Of a DNA stretch of 42,103 bases, positions 1 to 9,309 are shown piece after piece. Source of the DNA: Perkinsus chesapeaki ATCC PRA-425. Taxonomy: Eukaryota > Protista > Perkinsozoa. Made by a program: the position numbers and the translations under genes. The stretch spans positions 1 through 42,103 of the forward strand of contig JAAPAO010000294.1 of NCBI GenBank assembly GCA_013115145.1. The letters are read 5' to 3'. Below the pieces are notes generated by a model, which saw only the letters and a program-made list of their open reading frames with translations, ran no database searches and was not told the DNA's origin. Every line of letters starts with the position of its first letter. Position 1 is the stretch's first letter.

Positions 1-2
1 TT

Positions 3-968
3 GGTACAACTGTACGACGAACGAATGGATATGATATGATGGCTAATAATAATATGATGGGTTTGATGTTCTTTGCTATTATGATTGGTGCTGGTTCATT
101 ACAAGTCTATGGTTTTGAGAGTCTTGCTTTCCAGCGAGATGCTTCAGCTGGGACGTCTGTTTTGGCTTATTGGGCATCCAAGACTATCTGTCATTTGGTT
201 GATACTTTTCTATTTACCCTCATTTTCACAGCTACTTGGTATCTTATTATTCAGGCTAATTACAATTCCGCCTATGGTTATTGTATATTCTTCTTCTTTG
301 CCTGGTGGGTTACTGGATTCGGTCAGCTTATGACAGTTGTTTTCCCATTAGCCATATCATTATTATTGGCTGTTATTGTACCCGTTGAGTTTGTCTCTAT
401 GTTTGGTGGTGTGTCTCCTCCTATATCATCTGATGGCTTCTTCCAGAAAGCAGCTACTTACTTCGGTTGTGGTTATTATGCCACTGAACTCTTAACCATG
501 GCTGAATTTACTGCATTACCTCCAAATATCATCCATCTAGATGATGTTGCGGAGACGGTCCATGAGCTCAAATACGGCACCCCATATTACGTCCTTCGTG
601 ATTTCCTGGTGTTGTTTGGTATGGGCCTGTTCTGGCGGCTCCTCACGTTGGCTTGGCTTGAAATCATTGTTAAATATCAAAGAGATGGTCTAGACTCTAT
701 GGTCCCATGGTTGGCACATTTGATCGATTATTTCAATGGTAAATTCAACCCTGTTGTTAAGGATGCCCGGAGCCGTCAAGCTGGAGAAGGTGAAGAAAAG
801 AAAGTCTCGTCATCCTCTGAGGATAGCCGGACATCGTCATCCAGTTCATCATCGTCGTTAACTGGCTCGTCTGATACTCAATCGAATGAAGCAACTCCTG
901 CTGCTGCTCGACCGACGACACAGCCATCAACCCGAAAGGAGTCGGAACGAATCTCTTATGCAGTCTAG
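3..968 (+). CDS. ABCG-family (white/WBC-like) ABC transporter, C-terminal membrane domain; 5' end lies outside the window
   Basis: The frame is open from position 3. The ABC2-type membrane domain reads GSLQVYGFESLAFQRDASAGTSVLAYWASKTICHLVD (compare the F.RE.ASG.S..AY..AK motif of ABCG half-transporters), followed by several hydrophobic helices, a Ser-rich tail and TAG at 966-968. Confidence 0.8.
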   Translation, partial: GTTVRRTNGYDMMANNNMMGLMFFAIMIGAGSLQVYGFESLAFQRDASAGTSVLAYWASKTICHLVDTFLFTLIFTATWYLIIQANYNSAYGYCIFFFFAWWVTGFGQLMTVVFPLAISLLLAVIVPVEFVSMFGGVSPPISSDGFFQKAATYFGCGYYATELLTMAEFTALPPNIIHLDDVAETVHELKYGTPYYVLRDFLVLFGMGLFWRLLTLAWLEIIVKYQRDGLDSMVPWLAHLIDYFNGKFNPVVKDARSRQAGEGEEKKVSSSSEDSRTSSSSSSSSLTGSSDTQSNEATPAAARPTTQPSTRKESERISYAV

Positions 969-1434
969 AAAGTGCCACTACTACCACCGCCGCTGCCATG
1001 CAGCCGTACAGACTTAACCCGTACAGTCGATTTTATGTCCACCTCGTTGCCTTGTTCCTCGAGATGTTTCTCGCTTTAATATCCTTACTTGGCTCTCTGA
1101 GCCCACGTGGTCCCGTAATAGGGACCGCGGGAGATGTGTTTGATTGTATATAGGATAAATTATTGTGGTACACATTACTATTCAGTCTCTTATTAATTTG
1201 CGTTCAAGTACCCACGGGAAGGCACAACATGTTTTCGGCTGTACAGGCTCGTAAAGGATATTAATTGTTCTTGTGCAGCAGCACACAATAACTGTCCCTC
1301 AACTAATTGCGGAGCAGCTCATGGCCGTGTATGCGTCTAATAATGTACGTATATAACTTAATCTGCTCAACACAAGGGCAGGTAGAAACTTTAAAAAAGA
1401 CCTCGAAATGAAGGTTACATAATAACCTGAAAAA

Positions 1435-3622
1435 CTAGTGAAACAAGGCTGACTGGAGTGGCAATAACTTCACCTTTTCAGCATCGGCAACCAGCATCTT
1501 ATCCTTGCCAGATAACGAGCGACCGTTGAGCTGCAAATGCAGGCGTGAAAAAGAGGGGCTTTCAGGGATCCTTACGAAGCGTCTTATCATATCCAACGCT
1601 GCTTCAGGCTGGTCAGTGGGAACCATATGCCCAGAATTCGATACCCAAACGAAAGTTAAATCACCGCCTGACGAGCTTTGATGAAAATACATCATCATCG
1701 AGAGGCTTTACCGGATTGCACGAAACCGAAGGGATGATCAGAGCCTTCCCAGAGCTCCCTCGAGGCAGTTTCGAAAGGCTCATAATTGAGCATGTGCAAC
1801 GACTCGACAACACTCAAGTGACCGCCTGACTTGAGGCTTGGAAATGATACCTGGAAGATGCTCCTCGCTTACATGAGCTTCCGTCAAAAACACCGGCGTA
1901 AATGAGAGTCGGAAGCTTGGCAGATAAAATCGATTGGACTTCTTTGAGGACCTGATTAAACGATCACCAGTGGCACAGGAAGATGGAGTCTACAGGTGTC
2001 ATGAGATGGCCTTCCAGTTTGATTGCAACCGGATTTGGGGTTGCCGTGCCATCACCATTCTGCCACTCAACGCCACGAGTGTGAAGCGCTGCGGCTACGT
2101 CTTGACGTGAGAAATACTCCTTCATTGCCGTCGAATATATATTGTTGAACGTATCGCCCCATTGGCGCGTGTCATACCTGTCCATAATGCATAGTGATAG
2201 ACTGAGGAGCTTACAGGAATGGATGACCAGCAGTAGCTTGCATGAACTCTTGCATTTTCTCAGCTGTTCTGAAGGCTTCAAGTTCCCTACCTTCGCCCAT
2301 AAGCGCCTCAACCTGTCAACAGACGCGAGCTTGGAAATTACCACCGGCGAGCAATGGAATTTTGAAGAGATTAAAACTGAATTTGCTCCGGTTTCGTGCA
2401 TCTCATCAATCAAGAACGCTGTCGTTGTGCTGAATTGCTGAGCGAGAATGCTTCCCCACAGGGAAGACCAACATAATGGCGAGCGCGCGCGATGCTCTGT
2501 ATGATGCTTACTCTTCGCCACATTTCTTCAGCTTCGCCCTTGGCGTCCTTCCCAATAAGTCCTTGGACGTAGTAGTATTCAATTGGCGCTCGATATCTGA
2601 GAGCAGCACGTGACTGAAGGCAGCAGCAGCGGCAGCTTACTGTGTCCAATGGAGGTTCCCTGGATTGCCAATTATCATGCCCTTCAAGTGAACCTGCTTA
2701 TCTTCGGCAAGTCGCTTATTCCTCTCGAGTAAATACGAAGTTATAACAGGAATGTAGACTCCAGCAAAAGACTCTCCGGTGATGTACCTGCTCCACAACC
2801 TTCCACCGGGTCAAACCCAGAGGCTTACGTATCGGCCGATCGGAGCTTGGGGTGAATGTCGAAGAAGTTGTCAAGAGCTGTGGAGAACTGCTCGGCTATT
2901 TGCTTGAAGTTGGCAACATAACCTTCTGTACTCGCATACGAAAAGCCCGTGCCTGAAGAGCCAACATACCGCTCTTTTCGCCAAGGAATGACATGAAGCT
3001 ACCAACAGGTTGATCAAAGTAGACACTGTGACCGAGATTAGCCCATGTAGAGGGGTTGCGAGTCAGGGACATATTCGGGTTCAGTCGGTACGGCCCGTTC
3101 TCCAGCAGATTACCGAGAGAGCTACCTAAAGCACAAGCGGCTTCACTGAGGGAGTCGAAAAGGAAGATCGAGAAGAACATATTTCAACAGGTCGCTTTCC
3201 CAATTGAAAACCTAAAGCAAACTATCAGACTTTCTATCATATCGCAGCATTGCGAACATTTCGTTATTTTCAAGGAACACGTCCCCTGAGGCTGGATAAG
3301 CTCTGGATTCCTGGCCACAGACCTTTAATACAGCCCTACTTGCACCAGGGCCACCATTGAGCCATATGAGCAGCGGAGTGTCGACGTTGGCGTCCTCTTG
3401 TTCGAATAACATATACCAGAGATGACCATCGGCCGAATTGTTGGCAATGACCTGAGGAGGGAACTTCGAGGAGCACAGTGAGCCGCGGGCTACATGGCCG
3501 GCATAAACACCATCAACTTGACCATAACCAGGCAGAGAGACGACACGATGGTCATCGGCGAGGGACGCCGAAGCCGAAGGGAAAAGTGATAGGAAGGGAA
3601 GGAGGAGGAGGAAGGCTCTCAT
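1435..3622 (-). CDS. Secreted serine carboxypeptidase (peptidase S10), multi-exon
   Basis: Signal peptide MRAFLLLLPFLSLFPSASA (ATG 3622). Family motifs across exons: PLLIWLNGGPGAS, GPYRLN, W...GHSVYFDQPVG, YITGESFAG (catalytic Ser, about 2770), IYAGVFDGSSC (Asp, about 1885) and NSGHMVPTDQP (His, about 1630). Short GT-AG introns. Internal exon boundaries are not all resolved. Confidence 0.92.
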
Positions 3623-4143
3623 GCGAGGGAATGAAAACAACTAGAGGGAACAGACGGCCGTTTGGAACGGGGAGGGTCAAAAGGAACGCACGCGGGTCAA
3701 TGAGATATGTACTGAGCAACACATCACAACGAAGATATTGCAGAAACGAAGCGAAAGGTATATATGGGAATAATGAGAAGCTCGATAGGGATGGATTTGA
3801 CGGAAAAGGGGAACGATGGGGTACAGGAGATCTCAGTTTGAGTATCATTCGGACAGGGATAACAAGTGGGGGTCATTGACCTGTTCAAAATTGAAAGAAG
3901 CTTCCCATTGATTTTATCTCCATTTTTGGAAAATAATTCATCTTTACATGAGTAGTACTTCAGCCGGAAGGTGATATAATATTTTAAAGACGAACGGAGG
4001 TGGGAAACTCAACAGCCGGTCAGATCAGAAAGGAACGCTGACGAAGTGCTTCGATGACGACACAAAAGGGGACAGAAATGATGACTATGAATTGAATAAC
4101 TAAACATAATGGTGGTGGAGAAACCAATTACAGTAAATATTAT

Positions 4144-6376
4144 CTATCTTATTTTAGCAAACCATCTAAGCCAATACAGCGCCAATGGGGCAGAGGCTGC
4201 ACCAAGCAGATGAGCTGAATGTGACACACCAGGGCTGTGGCTCATCAGACCACCACGTCCACCAGCTTGACTCTCGCCGAGGGAGGCAAACGCCCATATA
4301 GCTTCTAGGGCTAGAACCTGCGGGTGATGAGTTGGGTTGGAGCCGAGCTCCGATGAATCAGAGATGCGAGAGACAGCCTATGGTATGTAATGCTTCGAAC
4401 TTTAACGAGTGCACTGAGAGATACGATTCAGTGAATTGCCCGAGGATCAACCGAAACCAGATTGCCGGAAAATAACCCACTATGAACGATTGTGACGATT
4501 GTAAGCCTTCGGGCGTGAATCTCCCACTCACCCCAGCGAGGAGCTTCTTCTGTGTTATCGGCCACATTCCCCAAATGTAAACAGTGAGGTTCGGTTCCAG
4601 CAAACATGATGCTGTGAGAAGGCCGAAGGCAATCCCACTGCCACCAACAGCGGCGTCACGGCGATCGCTAGCTGTCAGTACCTGGGCAGGTGTGAAGCAC
4701 TAGTAGGGGAAGTAAGTAGCCTACATGACCGAGACTGCCAGCGATGGCGCTAATCATAGCTATCCTTATTAGAGCAGCCCCACCGAGGAGCTTCTCCAGC
4801 TGCGTACCGTAAATGAAAACGACAAACTGATATCAGAAGTGCAGAGGGTGGCGAAGGAAAAGGAGGAAGTACCGAGTTAACAAGTAGATGCGTGAAACTG
4901 GTATGTGATAAACTTGCTGTCAGTAAAGTGTGAAAGCGTCCATGCATCAGGTTCTCCCTACTAACGGTGAAGTTCCGGTTCCTGAGGAGGTGAGCTGCTG
5001 AAAGGGGTATGGATTGAAGCAGAGCTTACATGAAGCGGGGCGGCAGGAACCCCCATAGGAGGTAGGTCATGCCGGCTAACACCAGCATGGTCCATGTTAC
5101 TGGATAGGCAGTTTCTGGAACAGAGGAAGAAGAAGTGTGGGTTGATAAATTCTGATTCCACAAGGATCCAAGTATAATATAGTGGCAATAGGGCACAATG
5201 CGTATAACAACAACAATAATACTGTGGCCCTGCTTCAAACAGTGCTCAATTATAGAAGGTTGTATGCAATATAAAATGATAAAACTACTTCCTATTTCAC
5301 ATATACATCACTGCCCAAACGTCTGGTGCTACTCTCTAGGAGCAAGCGTCCAAGTAACAGAGAGCGCCGCCGACCCTACTCGATAGAGAGCTCCACGGAC
5401 TCGCTTATCAAGACACTACTACGAACTTTACAATACAACTTCTGTAAACTTACTATCATTAATCCAGCGCTTATACTTATATTTCCATTCGGAAGCCCCC
5501 ACTCCCACAGGAGACCGAAAAACTGGCTGAAGGCGTTGAAGAGCCGTCTGAGGATACCAGACTAATACCATCTCTACGGTTTATGATTTCCTACCAGTCG
5601 CTGCTGCTCCAGTCTATCCACTTTAGATATGACACCTCGGGATGGTGGCGTCTCCATGAAGGTTTCAAGTTTGTCAAATCCACGATCAACAAATGCATTT
5701 ATCCGCTTGAGAAAGGAACCTAAGCCATGAATTAATTTGCCCGTGCCAGGTATATGGAAGAGTGAAAGCTGAAGCAACACAGTAGCCCAGATACAAGCAC
5801 AGGAAATGAGATCTCCGAACGTGCCACACGCCACTACACGCGTACACATCGAGTCCTTTGTTCCATTATCAGCTCCCGGGGCGATCTGCTAATAGGATTT
5901 TCGAACCAGAGCCAAGTACTCGAAAATAGTGATTGATGCCTATTATACAGAAACTAACTATTTTGTGAATATAGGATTGTCCTGGTCGATGAAATACTGC
6001 CTTGTGAGGAGTGATGACATTCGAAGTAACATCTAATAGTGGATCATATCACTGTAAAAATGAAGGGCGAAAAATCTTACCATTCTTTCGAGGTTCAAAT
6101 GGGCTCCGTCCGTCTCCTCCAGGATAATATTCCCACTGCGAGGACCCCTTCGCAAATCGATTAATACGGTCCTGAGTATCTTTTAAGAAGCTCCTACCGC
6201 CTGAAAAATAATACCTTAATGCGAACGTCGAAACGGGCCGAACACGCGCCGTGTAGAGTCGGTTGATATTAAGATAACTCACGTTGGCTATATAGCACAC
6301 GAGACTGGGTGCTCAATGTTGGAGCGGTTAGCCTTATGACTTCGACGTAACAACGTCTTACTTCACCAGCTGCCAT
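4144..6376 (-). CDS. Rhomboid intramembrane serine protease, PARL-like (probably mitochondrial), multi-exon
   Basis: Manual splicing gives PPRFMNRNFTVSRENLMHGRFHTLLTASLSHTSFTHLLVNS...AIAGSLGHVLTASDRRDAAVGGSGIAFG (GxSG catalytic Ser)...VSHSAHLLGA (catalytic His)...WFAKIR* with the stop at 4144-4146. The core (4144-5130) is solid. Linking the upstream exons (5300-5850, 6070-6376, ATG 6376) is tentative. Confidence 0.8.
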
Positions 6377-6615
6377 ATTCCATGAGAGGAAAGCAAAACC
6401 TTCAACGGTGGAGATAGAACGGATTATTAATTTATCGACTTATATTAGGAGACGTTCAATATGCCGATGCAAAGCGGTAGACAATGAAGGTTGAGAAGTG
6501 GGGATAAGCTGCACAGTGAAAGCTGCTAGTGTTCATAGTTGTTCTTAATCCTCTAGGTCTTCATGAAGAGTAAGGGCTGTCTAACCGAACTCCGGGCCCA
6601 CTGAGAAACATGCCT

Positions 6616-7160
6616 AGTAACTGCAAACGTTGTAACGGTGAAACGCATATGTTGGGGGTCTGAAACGTTATCGCTATTCTCGTCTAAACTTTGTGTCACA
6701 GAAGTTGTGTACCTCACTCACTAAGATACCTACAATGGGAAGGCGAAGATACGAAACTGGAAATCTGTAAGAAGCTCAATATTTACTTGGAAGCTGTGAT
6801 AAACTTCCCGTTCAGTAAAAAAAGGTTGTAGAGCATGAATATGTTGATACTAACAACATGTCCAGCTTGAAATATTCAGCTTATCAACTTGATGGAATAC
6901 ACTTCGAATCTTGAGCAAGACAGCTTCGTGATAAGGAATAATATCCCTAATAATAAATTCGCAATAGGAACTTATATTATAAGTTCTTCCATTTTAGCCT
7001 ACCATTCACGAGCTCCTTTTTCATGAACTAGTAGGACAGGTTCTGCCTCTCGCTTCAAAGTTTGAAGTTCAAACCCAGTATAGTTCCCTGAATGTATGTT
7101 TCCCCGACAGTGGCATCGTCGATGCCGCATCGACCATAAGAGCTCCTTGGCTGATGTTAC
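6616..7160 (-). pseudogene. Diverged duplicate of the last two XPD exons (pseudo-exons or alternative terminal exons)
   Basis: Exon 7160-7003 (VTSAKELLWSM...AEPVLLVHEKGAREW) is homologous to XPD exon 9680-9565, with the same acceptor and donor. An intron at 7002-6730 is followed by a copy of the final exon (G TAT CTT AG...GACCCCCAACATATGCGTTTCACC) that reaches TGA at 6714-6716. Confidence 0.75.
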
Positions 7161-7558
7161 CTGAGGAGAGGAACTAATAAGGCGAATTGAGACAATGTAT
7201 GGCCAAATGTTTGCGCTCCCGGGAATGGTGCTGATACACGTATTACGTGTATCAGCGAATACCCGAAAAATCTGAATCAGATTACTAATCTGATTCAGAT
7301 TTTGCGGTGAAAATTCTCCGAATTTTCGCGCCACGGAGTACCCTTCCCACCGAGAAGCATTCGCGCTAGCGTCTATTATACACAACGCAACTACGATCAT
7401 CACCTGTCAGCAACTGAATAACATTATATGTACAAGAAGTGGGAGTCTAGAAAGCATAGTTCGCCGGAGGCTCGTATGGTCTTTGTGGAGCCATTCAACT
7501 TGAAATTTCAGTTTTCCGGTGAAGTCGCTGCTACGAAACGTTGATCTTTTTACCAGCC

Positions 7559-8100
7559 TTACACCATTTTTCTAAGGACTGGCCTTTCCGCCTTGGATGG
7601 CGGGGTCCGTAAACTCAGGTTCCGGTTCTTGACTTTCACTTCTGTCTTGCCCTCAGCGGATATCCTGTGAACCGCGTCAATCCAGAACCACAAACTGGGT
7701 TGAGCCATGCCACGCAAAAGAGTGTTCCATTTACGGTGGAAGCCATCTTGGCAGTTGTTAGTGCTCTCTATACCGGTCACCACGCGGCTACGCTGACTCC
7801 AAAACTGAGATGCGAGTAACTTGAAAGCGGTCATAATATGACCGCGAATAAGTTATGATGTTCTCATTTTCACAGTACGGGAGCACGCCACATGAGAAGC
7901 GGGCACCGAGTAATAATCAAGGTTGGTAGGAAAGACAATGAGTCATTGTCAATAACATCCAGTTATAAAATGTCTTCTCTCGATTTGCTTCAAGTGCATC
8001 ATCTGCCGACCTCTACAGCTTAGAAGCACCAACCTTGTAATAAAGCGCTCCGACAAGTCACATGAATGACTTGGTGAAGTAGCGTCTCTAGTGGAGACTC
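7559..8100 (-). mobile_element. Degenerate Mutator-like (MULE) transposase C-terminal fragment
   Basis: QFWSQRSRVVTGIESTNNCQDGFHRKWNTLLRGMAQPSLWFWIDAV resembles the MULE motif W....R...G..RTNN..EGWH...N.......P..W.FI. Upstream frames contain stops and a frameshift. No TIRs or TSD were found. Confidence 0.5.
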
Positions 8101-8176
8101 TCCGCTGGGGATATGCGAGGCAGCATTCGGCCACTTTCATGGCGAATTATGACCGTATGTCGGTAAACTGTATAAA

Positions 8177-8289
8177 AGATTACACATGTAATCTAAGTTA
8201 CCCAGACTTAATAAAAACTCAGTGCTTCAACACTGAGTTGCAATGTAACTGTTACATTATGAATGCATAGTACTCAGTATTAAATACTG
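8177..8289. repeat. Cluster of five closely spaced short inverted repeats
   Basis: agattaca-ca-tgtaatct (8177-8194); taagt-7nt-actta (8194-8210); aactcagtg-cttcaa-cactgagtt (8216-8239); aatgtaac-t-gttacatt (8242-8258); cagtatt-a-aatactg (8275-8289). Confidence 0.85.
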
Positions 8290-9309
8290 TAATAAATGTG
8301 TTACCAAATACGACGAATATTTGGATTTTCACGCGAATTTCTGACGTTATCCCAGGCCCCGGAACTCAGAGCCTAAGTGGGCTTCATCCAACCTCCGTTT
8401 TCAATTCTCCATTCCTCGGAACTCCAGGAGTAGCTCCCTAGGAACTCACCGTGAGGAATGTTTCGAAAACCTATTCACACGATCATGAGTGCCTCTCAGG
8501 AAACTTTAAACACCGGAAAAAGCATAGTTCTCTGCGACGAAATAATGCGTACAAGTGCGCTCTTCATAGCGATCCACTCAGGATTCGACCGCAAATCAGA
8601 CCTCGGAAGTGTGATGTACTGTGTATCCTGAGTATATGCATCATACACAATGCATGCGTCCGCGCATGTGCTGCTAGCAAGAAAATCTAGCTAAATTCCT
8701 ATTTATATTGCACTGGGAACCGTATCACATGTGGCGAATCGACTAGAAAATTCCAAACCCTCCAACAGGGTTAGTCGTAAAAACCGAGTAATGCTCCCAA
8801 GTCTCAGCCTGAAGCTCTTAGTCCAAGAGAGGTTCTCCTTGGACTAAGACAAGAAGGCTCTTCTCCAAGAAGGCTTACCCTGATTGTATAACAGTCTTAG
8901 GACTTCGACGCAGCCGCGTCTTACATCACCGAGTCGGTGACACTGACTGACATACCCAATATTAGGGACCGCATGAGCAAGCACCCAACTTCAAGGTATC
9001 TCTGAGACAGGAGTAGCAGAAAGACGCTTTCATCAAGTCGGTATAACGAATAACGATAATTGGTCGTCGATAAACAAGCCAGCTGCGGATCAACGGGATT
9101 ATGTCATTCACATACTTGACGGACTGTACATGCCGATTCACTAACTGATACGATATAGAAGCAACGAAGCTACCAGACGGAACTCTGCTACGGTCAAAAC
9201 GCTACTGCTGTTCCCAGTCCTGCAGGAACACACTGAGAGACTCTTGGTGAGGATACGGCTACTTTACTAAGGCAGCTCTAACCAAACTCAAAGCTAACTA
9301 AGAAACGTA

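Noticed and set aside
7741-7752. 12-nt match (AGCCATCTTGGC) to the Perkinsus/dinoflagellate spliced leader
   Set aside because: It is the antisense of the CQDG codons in the transposase relic, does not extend, and has no gene downstream in that orientation.
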